A stretch of DNA of 30,225 bases from Promethearchaeota archaeon (lineage in GTDB: Archaea > Asgardarchaeota > Lokiarchaeia > Sigyniarchaeales > SOKP01). Both the position numbers and the translations under genes were made by a program. Shown here in pieces: positions 8,700 to 18,764 of the stretch; the stretch's first letter is position 1, and each line of letters starts with the position of its first letter. The DNA is taken from the NCBI GenBank assembly GCA_019894975.1, contig JAGXNO010000042.1, positions 1 through 30,225 on the forward strand, written 5' to 3'. The notes under the pieces are model-generated. The model was not told the origin of the DNA, made no database searches, and saw nothing but the letters and a program-made list of their open reading frames with translations.

Positions 8700-9608
8700 C
8701 TATCTCGGAATTTTCCGCTCCATAGTCAGAAATCTTGGATCTTTAATATAGGAATTTATGGTATGGATAAAATGATCCCTATCCTCTTTGATGTTATTCG
8801 ATTCGATGTAGCAGTAATTAGCAGCATGATCATTAAACACTTGTGAGGTAACATTTTCCCCCAAATTTGCTATAATATCTCTTTCTTCTATGAGGTAATC
8901 TACAGGATCAATTAGTTCAAATTCCCCCTTCTCTAAATCATACCATAAAGGTATATTAGATCCAACCCCCAAAGATCTGAATCGAAAGATAGTTGGATTG
9001 ATCTCAGTGAGAACTCTTGCGGTTTCTAGTACATGGTCTTTTGAATATTTTTTTCCCCCTAAACCTAATAAAACATATAAGCTAAGTTGTATTCCCGCTT
9101 CCATAACCTTTTTTCCCGCTTTTATGAATGAATTTGCATTAGTTCCTTTATGCATGAAACGCAGTACGGTATTACTGCCACTCTCTAACCCCATGTAAAC
9201 TATATCCAAGCCCGCATCCTTTAGTTCTTTCAATTCTTCATCTGATTTCCGCAAAATATCAAGAGCCTTCGAATAACAACTTACCCTTTTCACATTATTT
9301 AATTTTTCTCTAACATATTTAATAATTTTAACAAGGTGGTCAGTAGGAGCAGAAGTAGGATTTCCACCAGCTAAATAAACAGGGAAACCATGGTAATTGT
9401 TTTTTGCAGCTCTGTCAATTTGCTCAAAAACATACTCCAAGGGAAGGATTTCATATTCTTGGTAAACTTCATAGTCCTTTCCTTTATACATGTCACAGAA
9501 TTTACATTTGTTCCAAGAACAGCCACTCGTTACAGCTATTAATAAACTATATGCTTCTACAGGTGGTCTAAATAATATTTGTTTTGGTGAAACTTTTGAT
9601 CTGATCAT
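8700..9608 (-). CDS. Radical SAM protein, function unknown
   Basis: RPPVEAYSLLIAVTSGCSWNKCKFC (CxxxCxxC), YLAGGNP, YMGLESGS, LLGLGG and DHAANY motifs. Confidence 0.88.
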   Translation of the reverse strand: MIRSKVSPKQILFRPPVEAYSLLIAVTSGCSWNKCKFCDMYKGKDYEVYQEYEILPLEYVFEQIDRAAKNNYHGFPVYLAGGNPTSAPTDHLVKIIKYVREKLNNVKRVSCYSKALDILRKSDEELKELKDAGLDIVYMGLESGSNTVLRFMHKGTNANSFIKAGKKVMEAGIQLSLYVLLGLGGKKYSKDHVLETARVLTEINPTIFRFRSLGVGSNIPLWYDLEKGEFELIDPVDYLIEERDIIANLGENVTSQVFNDHAANYCYIESNNIKEDRDHFIHTINSYIKDPRFLTMERKIPR

Positions 9609-9889
9609 ATACTTTGAAAATGTTATTTAATTCATTTAAAAATAGGAAGTTATAAGATGTATTATTTGTTCAATTAAAAAATTAGTTTTAATTAAATAAA
9701 ATTTAAAAAAAAAGGAAAGAATATTATGAGGATTTAATCTAGAATCAATACCATATTTATCTACCCTCCATCTTCAATTAGAAAAACTCATTTAATTGAA
9801 TAAAATTAATCACTAAAAAATAAATAATCTTATATCGCGCATTTATTATTAATATAAAGAGAAGATAACCACAATCATTGAATTTTACA

Positions 9890-11137
9890 ATGCAAAATCG
9901 TCCTGAGTTACTTGCCCCTGTTCAAGATTGGAATTCATTAAAATTAATAGGCAGTTTGACTGATGCGGTATATTTTGGGGTAAAGAAGTTCAATATGAGA
10001 ATAAAAGCAAAAAATTTTGAACAAAATGATTTGAATAAAATAGTTGAATTTTGTCATAACCAAGAATCCCCTAAAAAGGCATATTTAACTACAAATATTA
10101 TAATCTATGATTCAGAATTACAAGATTTAGAAAGTCTTATATCTGAAGCTAAAGATGCGGGAATTGATGCAATTATTAGTCATGATCTTGCTACAATTCA
10201 AATTGCTAAACGATATAATGTTGATTTTCATATATCGACACAGGCAAATGTTTCCAATATAGAATCTGCTAGGTTCTATGAAGAGTTAGGTGCTGAGAGG
10301 ATAATATTGGCAAGAGAATTATCACTTAAGCAAATAAAATTGATAAAACACCTTCTAAATAAAACTAAAATTGAAAGCTTTGTACATGGTTCAATGTGTA
10401 CTTCAATTTCAGGAAGATGTTATTTTTCTGCTACTATTTGTGACTCTGAAGAATATTCTGCTAACCGTGGAAACTGTATTCAACCGTGTAGAAGGGAATG
10501 GAGGGTAATTGATGATAAAAACAATGAATTCTTATATGATGGCCAGATGTTTCTTAATGCGAAAGATTTGTGTATGATAGAATATATTCCTGAATTAATT
10601 GATGCACACATTGATGCCTTCAAGATAGAGGGTCGTATGAAAGATCCTGTTTACGTTAAAACCGTGGTTGAATGCTATAAAGAAGCTTTAGATTCCTATT
10701 ACGAGGAGAGTTATACTGAAAAAAAAATAAAAAATTGGCTCGAAAGGCTTTCTACGGTATTTAATCGTGGTTTTCATACAGGATTTTATTTTCATAGACC
10801 AACTGTAGAAGACATTGAATTAAAAAAGAGAGGAAACATTTCAGCCTATAAAAAGTCTTATCTGGGAAAAATTCTTTCTTATGATGAAAACAGTAAATCT
10901 GCTAATATTTTACTTGAAAACTTAGAAAATCCTTTGATGCTAGGAGATGAGATAATTATCACTGGTCCCACTACATATATGATTGAAACAATAAAGAAGA
11001 TGATCTATAAGGGGGAAAAAGTTAAAAGTATCACAAGAAAAAGGTACACAACTCCAGTTAGGATTAATTTACGCCTGAACACTGAAGTGAAAAAAGAGGA
11101 TAAAATTTATATTTTATCCAAGAATTCTAAAGTGTGA
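9890..11137 (+). CDS. Peptidase U32 family Fe-S protein (TrhP/RlhA-like, probable RNA hydroxylation)
   Basis: [45 protein letters not shown] and FKIEGRMK, including the four conserved Cys. ATG at 9890 preferred over TTG at 9878. Confidence 0.92.
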   Translation: MQNRPELLAPVQDWNSLKLIGSLTDAVYFGVKKFNMRIKAKNFEQNDLNKIVEFCHNQESPKKAYLTTNIIIYDSELQDLESLISEAKDAGIDAIISHDLATIQIAKRYNVDFHISTQANVSNIESARFYEELGAERIILARELSLKQIKLIKHLLNKTKIESFVHGSMCTSISGRCYFSATICDSEEYSANRGNCIQPCRREWRVIDDKNNEFLYDGQMFLNAKDLCMIEYIPELIDAHIDAFKIEGRMKDPVYVKTVVECYKEALDSYYEESYTEKKIKNWLERLSTVFNRGFHTGFYFHRPTVEDIELKKRGNISAYKKSYLGKILSYDENSKSANILLENLENPLMLGDEIIITGPTTYMIETIKKMIYKGEKVKSITRKRYTTPVRINLRLNTEVKKEDKIYILSKNSKV

Positions 11138-11823
11138 ACTTGATGAATTACGAAGAAAAAAGGAAGAAATTGGTGAATAATCTCAAAAATCGAGATTATC
11201 CTGTATTGACTAAGCCAGAAGTAATTAAAGCAATGTTGAAAGTACCCAGACACCTCTTTGTTCCCAAAGATGCAGAGTCATCTGCTTACATTGACTCACC
11301 TTTATCAATTGGATCTGGTCAGACTATTAGTGCGCCCCATATGAATGCGATGATGTGTGAATACCTTGAATTGAAAGAAGGAGATAAAGTTTTAGAAGTT
11401 GGAACTGGTTCTGGATACCATGCGGCACTATGTGCAGAATTAGTTGCACCAAAAAATTCTAAACATCCTGGTCATGTATATACCATTGAACGTCATGAAG
11501 ATCTCGCTAAAAAAGCAAAAATTGCGCTAAAGAAAACAGGTTATGAAAGTATGGTGACAGTAATACATGGTGATGGTACATTAGGGCATCAAAAGGAAGC
11601 CCCATATGATAAAATCTTAGTAACTGCTGCCTCTCCTAAAAAAATTCCTCCACCATTGCGAAATCAATTAAAAGACAATGGAATTCTTTGCATTCCAGCA
11701 GGTTCTAAGAGTTATGGTCAGGATTTGTATATTATTCGGAAACAAGGGGAAGATTATGATTCAAAAAGGATTACTGGTGTGAGATTTGTGCCTTTAATAG
11801 GCGAATTTGGGTTTGAATCTTAA
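11134..11823 (+). CDS. pcm: Protein-L-isoaspartate(D-aspartate) O-methyltransferase
   Basis: [57 protein letters not shown] and VRFVPLIG. The GTG start overlaps the U32 stop (GTGA); alternative ATG at 11143. Confidence 0.95.
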   Translation: MNLMNYEEKRKKLVNNLKNRDYPVLTKPEVIKAMLKVPRHLFVPKDAESSAYIDSPLSIGSGQTISAPHMNAMMCEYLELKEGDKVLEVGTGSGYHAALCAELVAPKNSKHPGHVYTIERHEDLAKKAKIALKKTGYESMVTVIHGDGTLGHQKEAPYDKILVTAASPKKIPPPLRNQLKDNGILCIPAGSKSYGQDLYIIRKQGEDYDSKRITGVRFVPLIGEFGFES

Positions 11824-11873
11824 ATTCTTATTTATAGGGTAAGAAATTATAACCATTAAAAGTTAGGAGTGAA

Positions 11874-12017
11874 TTATTTCTCAATTTGCTTCTTAAGCTT
11901 CTGTTCCATTAATTTTTTTCTAACGTTTTTGATATGTTCATTATTTTCGATATTTTTCTTTGTAGAAATAGAACTGTAACTCCAGCCATTCCGTTTTCCA
12001 TTATGATTAGTTCCCAT
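11874..12017 (-). CDS. Possible small basic protein (47 aa)
   Basis: In-frame ATG at 12017 within the 80-aa track ORF gives MGTNHNGKRNGWSYSSISTKKNIENNEHIKNVRKKLMEQKLKKQIEK. A TTTAAAAA TATA-like element lies ~25-30 nt upstream. No family recognised. Confidence 0.35.
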   Translation of the reverse strand: MGTNHNGKRNGWSYSSISTKKNIENNEHIKNVRKKLMEQKLKKQIEK

Positions 12018-12147
12018 GGTCAGTGAAATCTTTAATTTTTTTAAATTTATATTTGATATTAGACCCTTAATATATTTAAGGCTAGTTAAAACCGACGAAA
12101 TTCTTACGTCTATCACTAAAATAGAAAATTTTAGAAAAATTTTAATA

Positions 12148-14325
12148 CTAAAAAGTCTTTAATTTGAGGTGAAATTCAAGGGCTTTCTCGAACTTAAAAA
12201 GAGGGGTTACGTTGATTCCCTGATAAATCTTTTGATAGCCTTCCTCTGTGTATGCATATGCAATAATGGGGAATCTATAAATCTTACTTGAATTCAAATC
12301 ATTCGATATCTTAATTTCTAAACCTAAATCGTAGGATTTGTCATAAGCTTTAAAAGTGTATCCTTTTTCTTCAGAAACCTTCAAGAGATCCACCTCTAGA
12401 TCATCATTCAATTCTCTTTGAGCATTATCCCATTGGAATTGATTTGTGTCTCCATTAAAGAAAAAGGGAATGTCTATTGCGATATTTAAATAATCAACAA
12501 TCCTTTGCAGATGTGGTTCTTTACCGGGTATTTCTTCAAAGTTAGCTCTCACGATTATCTCAATCTCATTATCCTCTACATATATATCTTTAGTTATTCT
12601 AATCGGATTTCTATAATCACTCTCTGGATCTTTTACGCTCCCAATTCTTTCCATCTCTAATATTGCTTTTTTACCTTCTTTCTCGCTTGAGGTAACTTTA
12701 AATTCCCCATCTACAAAATCCCCAAATTCATAACATTTATCCGATTGCAACTGTTCGATTGTTACATCATCATGCAAAAACCTTAGACGGAGCATACTTC
12801 TTCTGTATCGATCGACTAACACTTCTTCACTATCCAATTTTTTACTATCATGATATGCTTCTGGCCATCTGGTTAACGTGTTCAATATATTATAAGACAT
12901 TGGCTTATAATCCAATTCAAAAAGAGTGCCACCATCAGCAGGATTAATGTAGAGATTATAAATATCCGATTCAATAATGTGTTCTGTTCTACTATTTTTA
13001 TTAAAATCAATAGGCGTTATGTAAATATATGAGGTTAGATCCGGGTTAATAAGAGCATTTATTGTATCAATTAATTTTTCAGCATTTATTAAATGTGTGT
13101 ACACAGAAAATCTTAAGAACTGTAAATAAACTCCGCCAAATAGACCATGCCAATAACAATCATTACATTGAGCTTTATATATTTCATCCCAAGCGTCATT
13201 TATTTTATTTAAAATAATGGAAATAATCTTATCATCTTGAACGTTTAAAAGATTCTCTTCTGTATAGATTAGTTTATGCCGGACATACAACATTTTTTTA
13301 TGCATATTATTAGATTCGGGATACTTTACAAGGAAAGATCTCCAAAATCCTCCCTTTAAAAATTGATAAGTTTCCCTTTTTTCCTCATCATCTTTTAAGG
13401 CTTTTCTTATCCTTTTAAAATTCCTTCTAATATTCGTAGGTAAAACCCATTCCTCCATTTTGTCATAGCTTGCTGTGGGAAGATATATTAAGCTTCTTGC
13501 TGGAAACTTTTCCATGTATTCAGAGAGTGTTACAGATTTAATCCACTCATTAGTTGTAACTTGTTCAAAAAAAGCAGGTATAAAAGGCTTTCCCTCATCT
13601 CCATCTTCATGACCCTGTCCCTCTACATAGCATATTTGGTTAGTGGTTCCCCACACACCCATCTTTTCTGCATCAGATATTAGCAGAGCAATTCTATCAC
13701 CATTCCCATCAGCCATTTTTTTTAAATAATCAATAGAATAGTAAGTTGGTTTCCATGGTGTCAGATATCTTAGTTCTTCGTTAATTGGAAAAATTCTTAA
13801 AGTTTTGCCTTCGTCTTCCGTTATGTATGAGTATAAAGTTTCTTCTTCTGTTATTCCTGTCGATCTGAAATGATTGTCATCAACGATAACATATTTTAAG
13901 CCCACATCATTAAGAAATGAAGGATAATTAGGTTCCCAAACTCTTTCTGATAACCAAGCACCTTTGACTTCTAGATCAAATTCTTCTTTTATTAAATCGG
14001 ACAATTTTTTCATTTGAGCTATTTTATCTCTGTAAGGTATTATTGCGAACATTGGTTCATAATAACCACCACCTATTATTTCAATTTGCCCCCTATTTGC
14101 CATTATTTTTAATTTTTCTATAAACTCAGGCTTATTCTCCAAAAGCCATTCTAATAAATTACCAGAAAAATGAAGGGTGAATTTAACATCTTCAAACTGG
14201 AATATATTGTTAATTAAAGGCTCATATGATTTTTCATAGATATCCTCGTAAACAAAACTTACTTGATCAACTGGTTGATGAAAGTGAAACAATATTGGAA
14301 GATTTATGCTTTTTTCCACATCCAT
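12148..14325 (-). CDS. GH57 alpha-amylase/4-alpha-glucanotransferase
   Basis: The five GH57 conserved regions are present: HFHQP, GQIEIIGGGYYEP, WLSERVW (catalytic Glu), SDAEKMG (catalytic Asp), AQCNDCYWHG. Also YLPTASY and KYPESNNMHKKM of the 4-alpha-glucanotransferase subgroup. Confidence 0.93.
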   Translation of the reverse strand: MDVEKSINLPILFHFHQPVDQVSFVYEDIYEKSYEPLINNIFQFEDVKFTLHFSGNLLEWLLENKPEFIEKLKIMANRGQIEIIGGGYYEPMFAIIPYRDKIAQMKKLSDLIKEEFDLEVKGAWLSERVWEPNYPSFLNDVGLKYVIVDDNHFRSTGITEEETLYSYITEDEGKTLRIFPINEELRYLTPWKPTYYSIDYLKKMADGNGDRIALLISDAEKMGVWGTTNQICYVEGQGHEDGDEGKPFIPAFFEQVTTNEWIKSVTLSEYMEKFPARSLIYLPTASYDKMEEWVLPTNIRRNFKRIRKALKDDEEKRETYQFLKGGFWRSFLVKYPESNNMHKKMLYVRHKLIYTEENLLNVQDDKIISIILNKINDAWDEIYKAQCNDCYWHGLFGGVYLQFLRFSVYTHLINAEKLIDTINALINPDLTSYIYITPIDFNKNSRTEHIIESDIYNLYINPADGGTLFELDYKPMSYNILNTLTRWPEAYHDSKKLDSEEVLVDRYRRSMLRLRFLHDDVTIEQLQSDKCYEFGDFVDGEFKVTSSEKEGKKAILEMERIGSVKDPESDYRNPIRITKDIYVEDNEIEIIVRANFEEIPGKEPHLQRIVDYLNIAIDIPFFFNGDTNQFQWDNAQRELNDDLEVDLLKVSEEKGYTFKAYDKSYDLGLEIKISNDLNSSKIYRFPIIAYAYTEEGYQKIYQGINVTPLFKFEKALEFHLKLKTF

Positions 14326-14440
14326 TTAATTCTCATCTCTTCTATAATATAGGTTTTAAAGGTTTTGAGCAATTTATGTGATTAATTGATTATATTGAAT
14401 ACTATGTTCAATATAAATTGAAATTTAAAAATATAAAGAA

Positions 14441-16681
14441 TCAAAAATTTAAAAAATGATCTAAATCTAGTTGTTTTTCTTCAGGATCTTTTTTATTAAC
14501 TTCATCAAAATTGAAGTATTCATTTAAATCTGCTTTTATCAAACCTTTTTGAACTAAATCTTCTCTTAGTTCTTGAGTATTATGATTGTTAATTGAAGAT
14601 AAATCATAGTTATAGAGCATTTTTAGTGAGTTTAAATCATGGTTATAATTAAATTCGATTATTTTGTCATAGAGATCTTTATCATTACCTTCTAAACCAA
14701 TGAGATCTGCACCTAAATTATTACTAACAATTCGCACATTTTCAGCATATTTAATCTTATCGTCTACAGGCAAGTTTTTTATTTCATCATATAGATACCA
14801 TCTAGTTCCAACAATAAATAAGAGAGTGTCTTCAGATTGATATTTTTCGATCTTATCGATAAGATTTTCATCACTAACATCGTTAGTAAAATCGAATTGA
14901 GTGCTTTTTATTTGATCTAAATTCTTAGGATTTAATTCCAGTTTATTTTTCAAATCTTCTCCGGTTTGAGAATTTGATAGCCTTTGATGTATGAAGTTAT
15001 TGTCTTCAAGTATTAATCCATCAGGTCTTCTTTTATCAGGATATATATTTGGTTCTGCATAATATTTCTGATTAGGAAGATCATTTATTGTTTTTGTTAT
15101 AAGAGAGTTTATATTTAAATGTGTAAACGACCCAATTTCAAGATTTTCATCGATAGGAAACCTTTCTCTATGATCTTCAATATTATCTTGAAACACGTCT
15201 CTTTGAGAAATATTTGAAACTGAAGGTGAACTTACACTATTCTTTTCTGCAATTTCTGATATATTTAACTTAGTATTCATAATATCTTTGACAATGTTAT
15301 TCTTCGTTACCTTGGTAATTGATTCATAGGCTTTCCATGTATTTTCATATTCCTGTTTAGATATCGTTTTTTTAGCCAACTTACAAATATACTCAGTAGA
15401 TACACTAAAATGTTTTCCAACTTCGTTTAAAGACCGAGGATTTGGTTTGTTAATTTCGTTTTTTATAGTTTTTGTTATTTTCAAAGCAAGCTCCTTTGGA
15501 ATTTCAGTTGTTAATGGTGCCCATATTTTATCATGAAGGTCTTTAGGGATAACTTGCTTGGCAAGTCTCTTAATTGTATCCGCTCCTACCTCAGGGAAAT
15601 CTTTATGAATGTTTCGTAATGTTCTTGGATGTTCTTTCAAAGATTCATCTTTAATTGAATTCATTATTTCATTTTTAATTTCGTTAGGTATTTTTTTAAT
15701 TGCTGGCCATAAATCTTTATATCTATCAGGATAGATTTCTCTAGCTAATTCCATAACATAAGTATGGGATGCACCTGGAAAATCATTTGAAATACTTCTT
15801 AAAGAACTAGGATTTTCTTTTTGGACTTCTTCTTTCAAACGATCCTCAATTACTTTTTTTGTCTCATTGGATACTGATCCACTTGTAGACCGCCACATAT
15901 TTCTATACAAATCTTGAGATATTTCATTCTTGGCAATTCTATGTACAGTTTTTTCTGAAATTTTTGGAAAATCTTTCGCAATCTTATAGAGAGAATCATG
16001 TTGAGCACCTAGTTTATAATTTTCTGATTCTTGATTTAACCTGTTTTTAATCCTTTCTTTAATTTCAGGATCCAAAGAAATGTCAAATCTCTGATGATGA
16101 GCATCTTTATTATCATTATATACTTCTTTCAACGATATATTTCCAACAGTTCCTCGACTAACCGACAAACCATCTTCTCTTAAGCTCGTTGAAATTTTTG
16201 TTTGAGAGAAATCTGAATTCTCGATTTTATCTTTAATAAAGCTGTAAATTTCTTGGTTCTTATGTATAGCATAGATTTTATTAATTAGCTCCAGGTCTGA
16301 TCCATTCTTTTTGACCCAATCCATGAAATCTTTTCTAAGGTTCTTTCCATGGTTGGGATATTTACCTGTTTCATTATAGTAGGTTCTAAAGGTGTTTTGA
16401 ATTCTTTCATCAAATAAGTTATTGTAGTTATGAATATCTACATCTTCTTGATTTTTCTCTTCTAAATATTCTCGATTAAAATTTTCCTTAATTGTATCAT
16501 TCGTCTCTACATTTGGATTAAAGCTTTCAAAATCTGTTAAAGAGCCTTGAACTTCTTCGCTTGATTCCATTTTTGCATTTAATTCATTCGACACAATCTT
16601 TTCATCCTTTCCCTTATCTATAGATTTATTCATATCCTGAGGGATTTCACGATCACCCTTATCATTACCATACTCACTCAA
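14441..16681 (-). CDS. Multi-HTH repeat protein with C-terminal PD-(D/E)XK-like nuclease domain
   Basis: 746-aa ORF, TTG start with GGTGA upstream. Acidic N-terminus, six ~60-aa helical repeats (aa ~143-508), then IGSFTH...YYAEPNI..RRPDGLIL...QFDFT...KIEKYQ...LFIVG. The CDS is secure; the nuclease call is inference. Confidence 0.6.
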   Translation of the reverse strand: MSEYGNDKGDREIPQDMNKSIDKGKDEKIVSNELNAKMESSEEVQGSLTDFESFNPNVETNDTIKENFNREYLEEKNQEDVDIHNYNNLFDERIQNTFRTYYNETGKYPNHGKNLRKDFMDWVKKNGSDLELINKIYAIHKNQEIYSFIKDKIENSDFSQTKISTSLREDGLSVSRGTVGNISLKEVYNDNKDAHHQRFDISLDPEIKERIKNRLNQESENYKLGAQHDSLYKIAKDFPKISEKTVHRIAKNEISQDLYRNMWRSTSGSVSNETKKVIEDRLKEEVQKENPSSLRSISNDFPGASHTYVMELAREIYPDRYKDLWPAIKKIPNEIKNEIMNSIKDESLKEHPRTLRNIHKDFPEVGADTIKRLAKQVIPKDLHDKIWAPLTTEIPKELALKITKTIKNEINKPNPRSLNEVGKHFSVSTEYICKLAKKTISKQEYENTWKAYESITKVTKNNIVKDIMNTKLNISEIAEKNSVSSPSVSNISQRDVFQDNIEDHRERFPIDENLEIGSFTHLNINSLITKTINDLPNQKYYAEPNIYPDKRRPDGLILEDNNFIHQRLSNSQTGEDLKNKLELNPKNLDQIKSTQFDFTNDVSDENLIDKIEKYQSEDTLLFIVGTRWYLYDEIKNLPVDDKIKYAENVRIVSNNLGADLIGLEGNDKDLYDKIIEFNYNHDLNSLKMLYNYDLSSINNHNTQELREDLVQKGLIKADLNEYFNFDEVNKKDPEEKQLDLDHFLNF
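15158..16255 (-). repeat. Intragenic array of six degenerate HTH-like repeats (A-B-B-B-B-A)
   Basis: Inner four repeats carry SLxxIxxDFP-like motifs and terminal Trp at aa 263, 325, 387 and 449 (62-aa spacing). Outer two share SVS..VxNIS..V..DN...H..RF. Visible at protein level only. Confidence 0.8.
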
Positions 16682-17009
16682 ATAAAGTCACCAATATTGT
16701 TTTGATAGCAATTTTTTAAGATAGAAAATATGAACGTATTTAAAGAAAAATACTAGCTCAGTTGAGTTATTCATGTTTTAATGATTCCATTGGATTATTC
16801 TCCATTAGGGAAGCAAATTTATCCCACATGGATTTTTAAGTAAGTTCAAGATAAATGTCTCATGAGTCTTATATATCAGAAAAAGTTTTTATAATTCCTC
16901 AGACACTTGGTTTTGTAATATCAAATAATTGTATAGGAAAATTCTAATTTTTAAGCATCTTTTTTTACTTATAAAAGATAACTAATATTATAATTGAAGG
17001 TTAAATAAA

Positions 17010-18755
17010 ATGGTTTCCATGATGAAGAACTTTGATAAAAACATTTTAGAAAAAAATTTAGTTCAGAACGTTTGTAATTCAAATGAGTTTAAAGGATGGC
17101 TCCTTTCAAAAAGATGGTTTGGAGAGAAATCAGCACTCTCAAACTTAGCATTTGATATTGGTATCACTTATTTTGAATTAATTGCTGATAGAATTTTAGT
17201 AAATATAATCGAAGTTAAAACTCCTGACTATTCCAAGACGTATTTTTTACCTTTAATTTATTATGAAAAAGTTGAAGACATTTTAGAGCCTTTAGAAAAG
17301 ACTAGAGAGATTATTTTAAACCTTACTGAAAATACCTTTAGTAAAAAAATAGCAGTAACAGTTGAAAATGAACAGAAAATTATTACTTTAAATTTAGTGG
17401 AAGCTGAATATTGCTTATTTTTCTGGAGAAAAATGTTATTTGATACCACTGTGTCTGAAAGTTTCCCATCTATGGATATGGAATTAACCCTTTATACTGA
17501 CCAGTTTGAAGAAGACGTAAATATGAAGAAAGTGCAAAATCTAATAGAAGCTGGATTGTATCCCGACAGATATCAACTTTCTATAAATCAATTAGGTAAG
17601 GGAAATACAACTAACATGCTATTTTCACTAAATATATCTAATAAGAGGAATCCGGACCAATCTTCTGTTTCTTATGTTCTTAAATCTTATAAAGATTATT
17701 CAGTAAGTTTGGAACCTTCTACACTATTCGTATTAGTTAAAAATAAGTTTCCTAATGCCCCTAAAATATATGGAACAATAAAATTACTTGATAAAGAGAC
17801 AATTGGAATAATAGAAAGTGTTCCAAATGTGGGTAATTTAGGTGAAATTTATTGGAATGAATTAAACAATATGATCACTAAGGTATTTAAAGATTTAAAT
17901 AAGGACTATTCCATTTATAACGAAAAACAAAATATTTCGAATCTAATTAAAGAAAGTTGTGCTGAGACTATAAAATTATCTTCTGAAATTGGGGGGTTCA
18001 TCAAAAACTTGCATAAAGCCCTAATTTTATCAAGCCAAGATGAATATTCTTTGGAGTCTGCAGATAGTAATACTTACCTCAGAAATTATACTGAGAGATT
18101 AAATGGTATAATCTCAGAATTATTGACTCACATGACTCAACAATCTGAAAGTGCCTTTTTTAATTTACCAAAAATAAGTTCAATTTTAATAGATATCAAA
18201 GATATTATTGAAAGATTTCGGGCTGAGTTCCAAGTTCCTAAAATTGAAATTCAACCCGTCCATCAAGATTTACACATGGAACAAATCTTATATAACAAAG
18301 CTGATAGTCAATATAATTTCTATTTTATTGATTTCGAAGGCGATCCACAATTAGCGATTGAGGAAAGGAAAGCAAAGTTTCCTGTCGAAAAAGATTTAGC
18401 ATCGTTCCTTAGAGCATTAAGTTATATTAAATTCAACACATTACTCAACTTTATCGAAAAGAAAATTATTCGAAAAGGCAGGTATGAAGTACCTGAAGAG
18501 ATTCTTTACAACCTATACTTTAGAAGAGCTGCTAAACCCTTAAATAAAACCCTAGATGTAGTCCTTAATGTTTTAAATATTTGGGAAACAAAACTAATGG
18601 GGAAAATATTAAAAAACTTAAACATGGATTATGTTTTAATTACATATTTTTATATCGAAAGAGCCCTTAATGAATTAAACTATGAAATAGGTCATCGTCC
18701 TAATAAAATACTTGTTCCTATTCTAGGGTTAAAAGAAATTGTAGATAAGAATTAA
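17010..18755 (+). CDS. Maltokinase (Mak/Pep2)-like phosphotransferase
   Basis: WLLSKRWFGEKS N-terminal cap, VLKSYK, HQDLHMEQIL (cf. HGDLHLGQVL), IDFEGDP, KDLASFLRALSY and ERALNELNYEIGHRP. Confidence 0.85.
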   Translation: MVSMMKNFDKNILEKNLVQNVCNSNEFKGWLLSKRWFGEKSALSNLAFDIGITYFELIADRILVNIIEVKTPDYSKTYFLPLIYYEKVEDILEPLEKTREIILNLTENTFSKKIAVTVENEQKIITLNLVEAEYCLFFWRKMLFDTTVSESFPSMDMELTLYTDQFEEDVNMKKVQNLIEAGLYPDRYQLSINQLGKGNTTNMLFSLNISNKRNPDQSSVSYVLKSYKDYSVSLEPSTLFVLVKNKFPNAPKIYGTIKLLDKETIGIIESVPNVGNLGEIYWNELNNMITKVFKDLNKDYSIYNEKQNISNLIKESCAETIKLSSEIGGFIKNLHKALILSSQDEYSLESADSNTYLRNYTERLNGIISELLTHMTQQSESAFFNLPKISSILIDIKDIIERFRAEFQVPKIEIQPVHQDLHMEQILYNKADSQYNFYFIDFEGDPQLAIEERKAKFPVEKDLASFLRALSYIKFNTLLNFIEKKIIRKGRYEVPEEILYNLYFRRAAKPLNKTLDVVLNVLNIWETKLMGKILKNLNMDYVLITYFYIERALNELNYEIGHRPNKILVPILGLKEIVDKN

Positions 18756-18764
18756 AAATTTTTC

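Noticed and set aside
8670-8702. Stop-codon readthrough (TAG then in-frame TGA) at the radical SAM end as Pyl/Sec recoding
   Set aside because: The domain appears complete before the TAG, the extension is short and motif-free, and no SECIS-like element was recognised.
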